Part shown: positions 32,080 through 43,118 of the stretch, piece by piece
Position numbering within the stretch: the first letter of the stretch is position 1
How the letters are laid out: the number at the start of each line of letters is the position of its first letter
Origin: Nitrospirota bacterium
Lineage (GTDB): Bacteria > Nitrospirota > Nitrospiria > Nitrospirales > Nitrospiraceae
Direction: 5' to 3'
Length of the DNA: 64,000 nt
Assembly: GCA_963701855.1 (NCBI GenBank)
Contig: CAVPBK010000006.1
Location: 1,504,001 to 1,568,000, forward strand
Position numbers and translations under genes: made by a program
Notes under the pieces: generated by a model
Told to the model about the DNA's origin: nothing
The model's database searches: none
What the model saw: only the letters and a program-made list of their open reading frames with translations

Positions 32080-32163
32080 TAAAAAAACTCCTACCAGATT
32101 GCATCAGGTAGGAGTCATCAGCCCCGGCGACGCCAGGGCGGTTCTTGGTGGAACCCCATCACC
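32080..32163 (-). ncRNA. Fluoride (crcB) riboswitch with overlapping intrinsic terminator
   Basis: GGTGATGGGGTTCCACC-AAGAACCGCC..GGCTGATGACTCCTAC (32163-32108), then CTCCTACC/GGTAGGAG-T7. Confidence 0.9.
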
Positions 32164-33047
32164 AATCACATATGTTGTATAAAAATTTTACCGGCAGCAA
32201 ATCGGAAAGTCAAGATGAGCTGACGTCGGCGAGAGATCCCTTGAATTATTTTTTCCTGTGAGAATCGTCTGACAATGTCGTTGGGACCGGCACACTCAAC
32301 CATTTGTTGAGTGTGCGGGCGTATTTCGAGGAGCGCCGACTCTTCCAAGCGGTCTAATCGTGTTTGGGGCTATTTGCACTCGTCCGGATTCGTTTCGCAG
32401 ATGACGATCCGATGCTGGTTCGACAGAATGTCAGCCTTCGCCTTCACCTCATTCGATTTCGCGGTGATGGTTGCGGCTTCAGCGCCGGCTGCCGCGGTCA
32501 GCGCATTGCCTAACCCCGTCCCTCCGCTAGTCATTCCATAACTCACACTATCAATAAAGCCAGAGTTGGTTAATGCAATGGTGAAGGTCTGTTTCCCAAA
32601 GAGGCGGGCCTTTAAGATGGGCTACTCATATGTCTCTGAGTTGGAACAAGTATCGGATCCTCGGATGGAATCCGCTTATCCCCGACCATGAACAGGAACT
32701 CGACTGACCTCATCTTTTGCAACGTCAGAGCCACACTGCTGCAAGGCTTCTCCGCCATGTCAGCTCTAATCGGAAGCGCGATTTCCAATCCGTCGTCCGT
32801 GCGAAGATATTTGTTTTTGAGTGTGCTGCCCTCCACTTTGTTTCTGGACAGTGTTTGTGGTCATTGCTGAGTATCAGGCCTCTTGGAGTCTCCACTTCTC
32901 AAATGACAACTGGGAGCTCTCGCTCGTTATTCTAGTGAAAGATCCTCGCTGTCTTCTCCTGCGATGGCATTTCAATAAATTCAGTCGATTCCGGAATCCA
33001 GCTCACTAAAAAAACAACCTGTCAGCATTTTAAGCGGAACAGGACAT

Positions 33048-33533
33048 TCACTGAAGCCCACGTTCAACCAACCGGGTTTCCACCTCCAGATGTTTACTTT
33101 CTAAGTGTTGTCGTTCTTGACGCAGTTCCTCTATGGCATTCACATAGAATATCCAGTGTCGGCGCCATTGCCCTCGTAGCTGTTCTTTTTCTCCTTGGTT
33201 CTTGTAAGCCCGCTGAAGGATGTCGCGGGCTAAAACAAGATGATCGCGCTGTAATATCCATTGCTGCTGATGCAGCTGCCATCCGGAGAGATCCAGAGCT
33301 TGCAATTCTCGCATCACGGGGTCCGTTCCCGCCGATGCCTGCTGCACATCATTCATGCGCCTCGACAACGCATTGATGTTGACGTTCAGTTGCGCAATGC
33401 CTTTGCTCAACAGGCCAATGACCGGATCGCCAGAAGAGACAGGCTCACGATCAATCTGGCTGGGGCCGACACAGGCCATGACACTCATCACAAGCACACA
33501 TCCGGCGAGCATCCACCATCTTCGTATCATCAT
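33048..33533 (-). CDS. Helical lipoprotein
   Basis: GGGAGG RBS; VMAC lipobox; coiled coil. Confidence 0.7.
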   Translation of the reverse strand: MMIRRWWMLAGCVLVMSVMACVGPSQIDREPVSSGDPVIGLLSKGIAQLNVNINALSRRMNDVQQASAGTDPVMRELQALDLSGWQLHQQQWILQRDHLVLARDILQRAYKNQGEKEQLRGQWRRHWIFYVNAIEELRQERQHLESKHLEVETRLVERGLQ

Positions 33534-33761
33534 ACACCCTCCCTCTTGTGAGAATCCGACAACCTCGATTCATTCCGAACTTCTTAGCTGATGAGGAGCT
33601 TCATCGTCGGCAACCGGCACGGCATGTGCTTGCACTGGATCCAGGATCTGTACGTCGGCGGTGTGACCCCGCTCAGCCTACCTGTCGAATGAAGAGCCGT
33701 AGAAACCCGTCGCTGTTTCATGGTCATGGCTCACCCCATCTGCTCAAGACCCTCGGTGCGT

Positions 33762-34415
33762 CTATTTCTGGTTCACGTAGCGAATGGCTGTACCAGATAA
33801 ATATTGCGTCCATTCAGTCTCGTCCGCTGTACTTTGCACAAAACTCCAGGGATCGTAATAATTCCACCAGCCCCCTCCGTAGAGGCCAACATTACTCGAC
33901 CCCGGACCCATGGTGGATTCATAGAGATGACTCGGCCCCATTGACTCCAACACATCAGATTTTCCCAGCACCACCGCGTCAGCTCCCATCTTGCTCGCAC
34001 GAGCCAAAATTTTGTCGCGTAGCCGGTCTTCATCCGCATTCTGACTCGTCGCAATGATCCGGGCCAGCTCGACATAGGGAGCGTTGGGCTCAGTCTCCAG
34101 CCATTGGACGGGTTCGCCACTTACGCGAGGCGGATAGGACTCATGGGTCAACGGTTCGACACGCACCGACACGCATGCTGTCAGCAGCAGAAAAGTAAGC
34201 AGGATCAATCCATACCGTGCGGCACGGAGGAGCCGCCTCCCGTATGATCTGACAAGACAATGTGATGCTGCGCTGCTGTACCGCTGATTCATCATGAGCA
34301 TCCCAGCATGAGCCCTAATCGTACCCCACACGCGGGCCGGCCTTGAGGATTCCCATTGCATCAGCAAAGAAGAAGAGCCGACAATCGATCCCTTCGGAGA
34401 GCGGAAGCGTGGCAT
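33762..34415 (-). CDS. Lipoprotein with GADAV (YbjQ-like) domain; start uncertain
   Basis: LLTAC lipobox; RASKMGADAVV; G.AIRY; paralog of the next gene. Confidence 0.75.
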   Translation of the reverse strand: MPRFRSPKGSIVGSSSLLMQWESSRPARVWGTIRAHAGMLMMNQRYSSAASHCLVRSYGRRLLRAARYGLILLTFLLLTACVSVRVEPLTHESYPPRVSGEPVQWLETEPNAPYVELARIIATSQNADEDRLRDKILARASKMGADAVVLGKSDVLESMGPSHLYESTMGPGSSNVGLYGGGWWNYYDPWSFVQSTADETEWTQYLSGTAIRYVNQK

Positions 34416-34851
34416 AGATCTCCGCTTGACCCGGTGGGCTTGGCAGCGTCATATCCCAGACCAGCTCCTCCATGCGGTCCTGCGCTTCTTTATGAAACTG
34501 GGGAAGGCCGAGTTCGTAGTACAGATCAACGTTCTGCTGGCCGATCCAGCCGTGATGACGTCATCCCACGTATGATGGACTCCGTCCGGCACAGGCTCCT
34601 TGTCCGTACGCAGCCTCCGCTCACCAGATGCAAGGAAAAGCAAACCACGAGTTGCAACATTCTCCGTATGGGCGGGGCTTTAGCAAACTTTTCCGGTCAC
34701 TACGGACGCGACATACCCACGACTCCGTGCATTCCCTTTCGCATTCTACGAACTTGCTGTCTGACCGATGCACCAGTTTGAGGGAACTGCCGACTTCACT
34801 CAACCTCCGAAGCCCCGCGGAGTGCTTCTCCCCTTAGAAATCTTTGTTTCT

Positions 34852-35478
34852 CTACGGGCTCGCTGGATCCTCTGTCTGGCGAAACTTTGATGATGGCCGT
34901 TCTCTCCGTGACCATGCTTTGCCTAACTCCGTGCGATCGCCAAGATCTGTCGCTTCCGTATACCGGATGGCTGTTCCCATGAGCATTCTCGTGACCACAT
35001 CGTACGGAACCGCGACACTGCCGGAGTAGCTTCCACCCCACAGGCCCCACGATCCATAGGGACCACCGTATGCTCCATATCCACCATACCCCCACGGAGT
35101 TCCATAGTACGGGCTGTTGTACCCCCACGGATCATACAGCGGTTCATACACGACCTCGTGTTGAGTCTGGGTTTGCGGTTTGGCAAAGATGACCGCATCG
35201 GCTCCAAGAGCTGCCGCCTGGTTCAGGATCTTGCGCTGCAGACTGCCGAAGCTGAGCCAACTATCGCCGATCCGTAGTTCCGCGAGTTCTCGATGAGGTC
35301 GGGTCGGTGTCTCTTCCAGCACGGCGACCTCGTCCGCAGACTCCTTGGGCGGAAATGTGTCGCTGGTCAGCAGGATGGTGTCCACGCTTGTGCATCCGAA
35401 GATGAGCAGGCACAGGGCAAGGATCCCCAGAGCCAAGAAGAATCGCTCCCCGCGAGGCTGCTTCAGACCCTGATACAT
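34852..35478 (-). CDS. Lipoprotein with GADAV domain and Gly/Tyr-rich insert
   Basis: IFGC lipobox; QAAALGADAVI; GTAIRY. Confidence 0.75.
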   Translation of the reverse strand: MYQGLKQPRGERFFLALGILALCLLIFGCTSVDTILLTSDTFPPKESADEVAVLEETPTRPHRELAELRIGDSWLSFGSLQRKILNQAAALGADAVIFAKPQTQTQHEVVYEPLYDPWGYNSPYYGTPWGYGGYGAYGGPYGSWGLWGGSYSGSVAVPYDVVTRMLMGTAIRYTEATDLGDRTELGKAWSRRERPSSKFRQTEDPASP

Positions 35479-35978
35479 ACGGGACTCACCGGCTCCTCAC
35501 CATGGTATTCTCACCTGGTGCCGCTACCCTACATCAATAGTGTGTTGAATGCGTTCAGAGCCGCCACCTTAGTAACCCTGGGCCAGGGTCCGATAGTTGA
35601 ACACTGTGTCCGGCAAATAGTCGAGGCTGTCATTGAGAGCCAGCACAACCTGACCGATGTGAATCAGCTCGGTTTGTCCGCTCTCTATTTGCAGGGCGAG
35701 CGCGTGCCCACGCCGACTGACCTGCACGCACACAACCCGGCGGTTCTCCTAGCTTGTTCGACTTGTCCTCCAGGCGGACGTCGGAAGGCCCAAAGCTAAC
35801 GCCTGAGCGCGATCATGAAGACATGCGCCACGATTGAGCAGGATTCTCGCGGCTAGAGGGATCAGACAATGATCTAGACTATGGAAGCCCCGTCATCACA
35901 ATGGTACCGACCGCGATGATGCTCGCGGACACTATCAGGGCATCAAAGACCGCACGCATATCCCTCATGATAGTCACC

Positions 35979-36347
35979 TCATAGCCGTTCCATTTGGGGA
36001 GTCAGTTCTGACTCCTCTCTCCGCCATTTGTGCAGACAGGTCGGATTCACACAGGCCCACATTCGCAATTGCGGTATTGTCATTTTGCGGACGGAGAGCG
36101 TCCAGCTCATAAATGGTGTGGCATTCTGGCTCTGACATTTTGGGCAGGGCATCCCTCTCTCTCGCATACACTCCGAGAGAGCCGAGCTAGGAAAAGGCCC
36201 AGCAGGAGGTTGGGTGTTCTGCTGAAGGTCTGTCAACTGCTCCATGCCGCGATCATTCTCGTCCATGATGGGCTGCCCTCCAGATCGGTCATCGGTGCCT
36301 GATGATGAAACCAGCCCAGCCCTCTCAATCCGTCCTCTTGAATACAC
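35979..36347 (-). CDS. Small Zn-ribbon protein; start uncertain
   Basis: CPKC ... WACVNPTC.HKW. Confidence 0.55.
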   Translation of the reverse strand: MYSRGRIERAGLVSSSGTDDRSGGQPIMDENDRGMEQLTDLQQNTQPPAGPFPSSALSECMRERGMPCPKCQSQNATPFMSWTLSVRKMTIPQLRMWACVNPTCLHKWRREESELTPQMERL

Positions 36348-36468
36348 TTCCCGAACTGCTCCGGCCCCCTACTCTGCCCCTGCGTGTGACGGGCTCTCCG
36401 ATGGTGCAGATGGCCTGGTGGAGGTGTGGTGGTAATATCAGTTCACCTGCATCTTGACGGATCGCTTC

Positions 36469-36696
36469 TCAAGTGACCTCCGCACAATGGATATGCTGTA
36501 ATAATGTTCGCGAGCCTAATGAGATTATGGGTTTCGGAGGGACAATCGAGTCACCGCAGGCAATGCAGTAAAAGTTACCCGTGAAACCGCCGAAGCCACT
36601 AGGCTCCAATTTCAGTTTGAGATGCTCACAGGGTGCTGGATTCTCTCGCTGTTCCCACTTCACTTGTACTTTAGCCATTTGCGCGTGTGCCATCAC
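36469..36696 (-). CDS. C-x-H...CxxC protein, paralog 4
   Basis: GGAGGAGG RBS; PCEHLKLKLE..FTGNFYCIACGDSI. Confidence 0.7.
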   Translation of the reverse strand: MMAHAQMAKVQVKWEQRENPAPCEHLKLKLEPSGFGGFTGNFYCIACGDSIVPPKPIISLGSRTLLQHIHCAEVT

Positions 36697-37315
36697 GTCC
36701 TCCTCCCAGTGTCCGATTACTTGCTATTGAGCAAATTATTGGAGACGGGGAAACGTACTATCCGGTGAATTCCCGTATTTGAGGAGGGGAACACCTGTAA
36801 GGATCAAAGCAGCGCCGACCGCTCCACAGCGTTTCAATAATCGCTGCTTCTCTGGACAGCATGGTGTCAGACCCCCGGTTGAGGTGAGGTGCTATCGCGG
36901 GTGATTGTATAATGCACTGAACGCGCCCTGTGGGAAATAAGAACTGCGCTCGTTTTGGGGTAAGACCTGTCCTACGAAACCCGCGAAGCAACGGGCCGGA
37001 TCTATTCCGGCGAAAGCAGAGCCGTATACTAAGGTTGTGGGAGGCGGTAGGCGCGCGTCAGCGAGCAAGCGCGTCACTGCAGGCAGTGCAGCGATCGCTG
37101 CCCGTCACATAGCCATCTTCGTTCCGTTCGCGAACTTTCATAAGGGCAGGGAAGGGCTGCGCACACTCATTCGTCCTAAGATCGGCCGCGGCATACGCGA
37201 GCTACGTGCGCCTGACTGATCGAAAGGAAACGAAAAGATGGCGGACCAACTACTGCAAGCACAGCAATGATCGGTACAACGGTTCAGAATGTCATTAAAA
37301 GTGTTGGTAATGAGT

Positions 37316-37331
37316 TGGCAGGAGTATTGCC
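37316..37331 (+). promoter_or_regulatory. Putative sigma54 promoter
   Basis: TGGCAGGAGTATTGCC (GG-N10-GC) upstream of the kinase gene. Confidence 0.55.
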
Positions 37332-37383
37332 TTGATTCAGGAGATCAGACAGCCTGCATAGGGGCGGACAGGGAGTACTCTAC

Positions 37384-38799
37384 ATGCAACGAGAGAAGAC
37401 AGCTCCTGTGCTTTGGCCAAGAGGCATGCAGGTACAAGCCATCCTTGTGCTCGTACTGTTTCTTGGTTCACTGGCCATCTTGCTGTTTAACGCGTTCACC
37501 ACGGGGTTGTTACCAGAGCGAGAACTTCTGGCGCGCACCACCGCCCGCGAGGCCAGTCATAGAATGGCCGAGTCCTCGAACCGTATTATCATGTCCCTCT
37601 CCAGCGACAAGGCCGACCACCTTGAGAAATTAGATGCTACTCTGCGCGAGATTACCACGCGTGTACTGGCAGATTTCCCTGGTGTGGAAGGAGGCTTCTA
37701 CCTGGCTGGTACGATTGACCGATTCAGCGGATATGCGACCGGCCTACCAAGCCCCCACCCAGGGCCGCCACGGAACGAGCCACCGCCACTGGAGGCGCCA
37801 TATATTCAACTCCAAGCTCGGCAAAGCCTGTTGGAAGAATCGGGACAGCCTCTCTTTAGTGTTCGCGATGTTGGGCCGAGCCGGGTGCTGGTTGTCACCG
37901 AACCGGTCGGTCTAGATCGCCCCGCTCGGGCGACGACCTGGGCTATGTTTCGTTTAACGGGTCCTGAGCAGTTACACTCTGAGGTCAGACGCTATCAGAT
38001 GTCCTTGACGTTGGCGCTCATTGGCATGATGTTGTCCATCGCTCTGATGGTGGCACTGATGCGATCGTTAAAGCGGCAATGGTTTGCGCAGGAAGGTTTG
38101 CGCACCGAACTTCGTCGCTCGGAGCAACTGGCGGCGCTTGGGAAATTAGTGGCCGGCGTCGCTCACGAGATCCGGAATCCATTAGCTGGCATTCGTTCCA
38201 CTATTCAGCTTTGGGACCGGATGCCTGAAACCGCGAGAACCAAGGAGTCTATGGAAGCTGTGATCCAGGCTGTCGATCGTCTGAACAATATCCTCAGCCG
38301 GCTGTTGTATTTTGCACGAGCCGGTCGTGCCGAACGGCAACCCGTTGATGTGAACCAGATTCTCACGACAACCTTTACGTTGCTAGAGGCCCAAGCGAAG
38401 GATCAGGGCGTCACCCTCGAACTTGATGTGCAGTCGGCGCTCCCCGCTGTGTTCGGATCTGTGGAGGCCCTCAGACAAGTGTTTCTCAACTTGGCGACCA
38501 ATGGGCTACAGGCTATGCCGAAAGGGGGCTGTCTGCGAGGTCGTAGTCGTTTACTTCCACAAGACCAGGAGATCGAAGTTCGCATGGCCGACACCGGGCC
38601 CGGAGTATCAGCTGAAGATCAAAAGCATCTCTTCGAGCCGTTCTTCACCACACGTCCGGAAGGCACAGGGTTGGGGCTGGCGCTGTGTCGGGAAATTATC
38701 GAACAGCACGATGGGCGAATCGATCTGATCACGGAGGACGGTTTCGGCGCCACCTTTCGCGTGGTGTTGCCGATCGCAGAGCGGGGGGATGGACGATGA
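37384..38799 (+). CDS. Sensor histidine kinase
   Basis: Two TMs; AHEIRNPL; QVFLNL..NG; DTGPG; FEPFFTT; GTGLGL. Confidence 0.95.
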   Translation: MQREKTAPVLWPRGMQVQAILVLVLFLGSLAILLFNAFTTGLLPERELLARTTAREASHRMAESSNRIIMSLSSDKADHLEKLDATLREITTRVLADFPGVEGGFYLAGTIDRFSGYATGLPSPHPGPPRNEPPPLEAPYIQLQARQSLLEESGQPLFSVRDVGPSRVLVVTEPVGLDRPARATTWAMFRLTGPEQLHSEVRRYQMSLTLALIGMMLSIALMVALMRSLKRQWFAQEGLRTELRRSEQLAALGKLVAGVAHEIRNPLAGIRSTIQLWDRMPETARTKESMEAVIQAVDRLNNILSRLLYFARAGRAERQPVDVNQILTTTFTLLEAQAKDQGVTLELDVQSALPAVFGSVEALRQVFLNLATNGLQAMPKGGCLRGRSRLLPQDQEIEVRMADTGPGVSAEDQKHLFEPFFTTRPEGTGLGLALCREIIEQHDGRIDLITEDGFGATFRVVLPIAERGDGR

Positions 38800-40184
38800 C
38801 TGAAGGACAACGACGAACGACCATTCTGATCGCGGACGATGAGGCCACGATCCGTGCGAATCTCCGCCTCTTGTTAGAATCGGAAGGCTATCATGTCGTT
38901 GAGGCAGCCGATGGCATTCAGGCATCACGAGTGCTTGAGGAGCAGACCGTGGCGTTGGCATTGCTCGACCTCAAAATGCCAGGCCGTTCGGGGCTGGACA
39001 TCTTGCGTGATCATCAGGATCAGTTGGAGCACATGCCCGTGATTGTCATCACGGCGATGGGGGGAAGCAGCGCTCCTATTGAAGCGATGAGGCTTGGCGC
39101 CTACGACTACATCACCAAACCCTTCGATCTTGACGAGGTGCTGTTTACCGTCAAGCGAGCCCTGACGCAATCGGCTCTCGTCGCCCAAGTGCAGGCACTG
39201 AGTGCGGAAAGTGACGGAGCGGCTAAGGATGTGCCTGAGGAAGAACTGGTAGGGCGAACTTCGGCGATGCTTGAGATATTCAAGACCATCGGGAGAGTCG
39301 CATCGACACAGGAGCCAGTTCTGATTCTTGGAGAAAGCGGCACAGGCAAAGAACTCGTGGCCAATGCCCTCCACCGGAATTCGAGCCGAGCGGATCGGCC
39401 ATTCATCAAGGTCAACTGTGCGGCGCTCAGCCCAACCCTTCTTGAAAGCGAACTCTTTGGTCATGAACGCGGGGCGTTTACAGGAGCGGTTGGCTCACGG
39501 ACTGGCCGGTTTGAGCAGGCGAACCGCGGCACGCTCTTTCTCGATGAGATCGGTGAACTGAACATCGAATTGCAGGCAAAACTGCTGCGTGTGCTTCAAT
39601 TCAGTCAGTTCGAGCGAGTTGGCGGCAACAACACCCTCCAAGTTGATGTGCGGATCGTCGCAGCCACGAACAAAGACCTGGGGGACATGGTCACGCAACA
39701 GCGATTTCGGCAAGATCTGTACTACCGCCTGAATGTTGTCAGCATCGAGTTACCTCCGCTTCGCGCGCGACGCGACGACATCCCGCTTCTCGTCGAACAC
39801 ACCGTTCACCGTTTGGCTCGTAAATATCAATGGCCACAGTTGGCGGTTTCGCCCGAGGCGCTCCGGTTTCTCTGCGATCAACCGTGGCCGGGCAACATTC
39901 GCGAGATGCACAATGTCCTGGCCCGCGCTGCTATCCTTTCGCGGGGTCGGATCATCCTGCCGGAAGACCTGTCCGCCACGGGATTACTCAATCCGAGCTC
40001 CTCATCTGGTCCTGCTTCTGACCTCTCTCTGTCTCTCAAGGAAATTCTTGCAGAAACGGAGCGGCGTGTCATTCAACACGCGCTAGAACAAGTGGCGTGG
40101 AATCGCACAAAGGCGTCCCGTCTTTTGGGGATCAGTCGGCGGCAGCTCTTCGACAAGATCCTACAGTACGGACTCACGCACTAA
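38796..40184 (+). CDS. Sigma54-dependent response regulator
   Basis: [35 protein letters not shown] overlap with the kinase. Confidence 0.95.
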   Translation: MTEGQRRTTILIADDEATIRANLRLLLESEGYHVVEAADGIQASRVLEEQTVALALLDLKMPGRSGLDILRDHQDQLEHMPVIVITAMGGSSAPIEAMRLGAYDYITKPFDLDEVLFTVKRALTQSALVAQVQALSAESDGAAKDVPEEELVGRTSAMLEIFKTIGRVASTQEPVLILGESGTGKELVANALHRNSSRADRPFIKVNCAALSPTLLESELFGHERGAFTGAVGSRTGRFEQANRGTLFLDEIGELNIELQAKLLRVLQFSQFERVGGNNTLQVDVRIVAATNKDLGDMVTQQRFRQDLYYRLNVVSIELPPLRARRDDIPLLVEHTVHRLARKYQWPQLAVSPEALRFLCDQPWPGNIREMHNVLARAAILSRGRIILPEDLSATGLLNPSSSSGPASDLSLSLKEILAETERRVIQHALEQVAWNRTKASRLLGISRRQLFDKILQYGLTH

Positions 40185-40526
40185 CCTTTGGGCAGAGGTC
40201 CCTCGTCTATGGGGGAATCCTGCTCAATTCCGCGTCCTTATCCCACACATCCTGATAGATATTATTTCTGGATACTCTCATTCCTTCTGTAGAACCCCAG
40301 TATCCCTCGGTTCTGTCGAGTCCTATTGAGATCAATGGCTTTCATGATTATGCGGATGCGTTCATCCAAGTTGCTTGGGAGGGATTTCCCTTCGAGCGCG
40401 TCTTTCTCCTGCCTGCTGGTCCGTGACTTGCTCAATCCATTTTTAGAGATGGCTCAACGCTGGATTTTTTGAGGGCATTGGGTTTTTCTTTAGAGGCTCA
40501 CCACATTCTAAATAGGAGGTAATTCC

Positions 40527-41267
40527 ATGAGACACATCACACAGAGCGCCAAGCTGACTGTTCCACTCCTTGTTGCGGCAGCGGCGTTGTCCTTCGCCGT
40601 TGTACAGGCACAGCCGACCCCACCATCGCCTCCGGCTCAGGCTCCCGCTCCATCGGCTGGGGCAACCAGTCCGTCTTCCGGATTCGGTCAGTCCAACTCC
40701 CTCATTCAGGGCAAGGTGACTCAGTACCTGATGAATCCACACGGGGAGGTGGATGGGCTGCTTCTCAGCGATGGAACCCAGGTGCATTTCCCGCCGCACA
40801 TGGCGAAAGATCTGGTGGGTACGGTCAAACCTGAAGATTCGGTGAGCGTTCAGGGATATCGGAACCTCGATGGGCCAGTTGTGAAGGCGTACACCATCAC
40901 AAATACTCAAACCGGCTTATCCATTACCGAACGGGAGCCTGGTCTACTCGACCGCCAGATCATGCCTCCGTCTGTGAGGGATTTGTCCTTGGTCGAACGG
41001 CATGCTGAAGGTATCGTGCGAGTTCTACTCTATGGGCGGAGAGGTGAGGTGAATGGAGTGGTGCTGGAGGATCGGAGCATCGTCCGTGTTCCTCCCCACA
41101 CCGCGTATCAAGTTGCGAGCCTGCTTCAGGTAGGGCAACCCATCAGCGCCGTCGGATACGGCACAGAAAACGAATATGGGCGAGTGATCGAAGCAACGAC
41201 GATCGGCGCCCCAGGTACACCAATGACACCCATTAATAATCCCGGCCCAGGCGGTCGCCGTCGATAG
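40527..41267 (+). CDS. Secreted protein with two repeated beta domains
   Basis: AGGAGG RBS, signal peptide; GEVDGLLL.DGT.V.FPPH and GEVNGVVL.D.SIV.VPPH. Confidence 0.8.
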   Translation: MRHITQSAKLTVPLLVAAAALSFAVVQAQPTPPSPPAQAPAPSAGATSPSSGFGQSNSLIQGKVTQYLMNPHGEVDGLLLSDGTQVHFPPHMAKDLVGTVKPEDSVSVQGYRNLDGPVVKAYTITNTQTGLSITEREPGLLDRQIMPPSVRDLSLVERHAEGIVRVLLYGRRGEVNGVVLEDRSIVRVPPHTAYQVASLLQVGQPISAVGYGTENEYGRVIEATTIGAPGTPMTPINNPGPGGRRR

Positions 41268-41883
41268 CCCAAATCGTGAGGCGCAGACAAGCTGTGGTGA
41301 AGATGCTACGGCTTGTCTGTTGCCTTCATGGAACCGAATGATTCAATAACACGAGCGAGAGTATTGCTATTTTGGCATCATTCCGAAGAGTTTCCTTCTC
41401 ATCACCCACTGTACCCCAGGGTCGCCGATCCTTCACCAGGCAATGCAAGATGTGCTCTAGAGCGTCGTCCTCCTCTTCCTTATCCTATCGGTATCAGCCT
41501 CTCATTCGCGATCAACCGGTGAATGTGACAGACATTGCCACACTCCTCGACGGCATACCCGCTCCTCCGCTGCGAGTTGAGAACAATTCTCCCATGCACG
41601 AGGGCTTTTTGCTCAACTCATCGCACGCACATAAAGATATGACGAGGCATCGTCGTCTCGTTCTTGGTACTCGTTTAACGGATTTTCCGCTAACGCCGAA
41701 CGCACAACATGCTGATCTGATGAGTCTGTTTCGCACCGTCTGCGTTTGTTGGGGGACGTGGGTGTGGAGATGCGAATGTCATAAGCAGACTGCATGCCGC
41801 TGGCACCTCCGTTGCTCATTCATCTGGGCATGGACAGTCGGCTATGCGGCTCACGCGGGAAGCGATCGTTTTTGCGATGGCGG

Positions 41884-42969
41884 ATGTTCGTCGCGCTTGG
41901 AATCATTATTGGAGGAATCTGTACGGAGGTGTGCATGCCCGGTAATGGACGAGCAGAGGAAACAAAGAACGTGTCTCAGTCTACACTCCCAACTCGCTCG
42001 TCTTGGAATCCCTTGACCTGGAGCTGGATACCTTCCGAGGAGGAGATTCTCAAATATCGGCGCAGCTGGAATCCCCTGTCGAATGGTCCTATTTTGCTGA
42101 GCAGCGTGGATATCAACCCGAAAGGCCAATTCCACATGCAGTATTTTGGATTTGGGGAAATTGGGCATCAACAGTTTGGTGACAAATTGACGACGCATCG
42201 GTCCGACTCGCCGTTCCATCTGAATGCGTTTGAACCGTTAATTACCTTGGGATATGGAATTACGGATCACGTAGAATTCGACGCTGCCTTTACGGGGCTG
42301 TATTGGCAAGCAAGCCAGCCTGGCGAAACAGGCGGTCGGCATTCCACATCCAACATCGGCGTAGGGGACACGTCGCTCTATCTCAAATATCGACCGATGG
42401 TACAAGACCCTGATAGTTGGCTCCCTTCAATCACCATCTATAATCAGGTGACGCTTCCCACCAGTAATTACTTTGGTGCAGAGCCGATTCCCGGAGGATT
42501 CTCACCCTTGGGGAAACTGCCTGCCACTCGTTCCGGAGCACTGGCGCTCACCGAGGGCTTGCTGTTTCGAAAAAATCTTAGGCCGTTTCGGATTAGCGGT
42601 GGCGTCTTCTATTCTTATGCGGTACCGGGGAGTAGTGACGGCATGAGCACGTATGGGGGTGACATTGTCAACACCAGACTCATTTTTGAGCACATCCTCG
42701 ATGAGTCGAAAGGATTTGGGTATAACTTAGAGTTCGTCACCATTCATGGTCTACCTTTTAGGATGGACGGCCATGATGTGACCGACAAACCCTCCAACTC
42801 CCTGCTCTTTGGAGTTGAACCAGCGATTCAATATCGATTGGGGGAGCAGTGGGTTGGCGCTGTCGGTGTGCTCTTCACCCTAGCGGGGCAGAACAATATT
42901 GATGCGATCTATCCCAACTTCTCGCTCTATTATTACTGGGACAGCAAGGGCGGCGCGACAATGCGTTAG
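41884..42969 (+). CDS. Outer-membrane beta-barrel (MetA-pathway/SphA-like); start uncertain
   Basis: LGYGITD, GVGDTSL.LKYR, VTLPT. Confidence 0.7.
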   Translation: MFVALGIIIGGICTEVCMPGNGRAEETKNVSQSTLPTRSSWNPLTWSWIPSEEEILKYRRSWNPLSNGPILLSSVDINPKGQFHMQYFGFGEIGHQQFGDKLTTHRSDSPFHLNAFEPLITLGYGITDHVEFDAAFTGLYWQASQPGETGGRHSTSNIGVGDTSLYLKYRPMVQDPDSWLPSITIYNQVTLPTSNYFGAEPIPGGFSPLGKLPATRSGALALTEGLLFRKNLRPFRISGGVFYSYAVPGSSDGMSTYGGDIVNTRLIFEHILDESKGFGYNLEFVTIHGLPFRMDGHDVTDKPSNSLLFGVEPAIQYRLGEQWVGAVGVLFTLAGQNNIDAIYPNFSLYYYWDSKGGATMR

Positions 42970-43118
42970 TGCGTCAACCTTTGCCCAAGCTGAGACCAAT
43001 GTTCATGTCCCTGGAGCTTCGCAGTATTGTGGTCATGTACCCCTCATGCAGCGAAATACGCTCCCTGACGACATCTGGCACTCTGACTAACAGCATCACG
43101 CGATCGGGACTCTAAGCT

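Noticed and set aside
32370..32836. Possible frameshifted gene remnant (similar fragments at 7541-7890, 21055-21436, 25823-26155, 41372-41700)
   Set aside because: Looks coding-derived, but I cannot assign a family or boundaries
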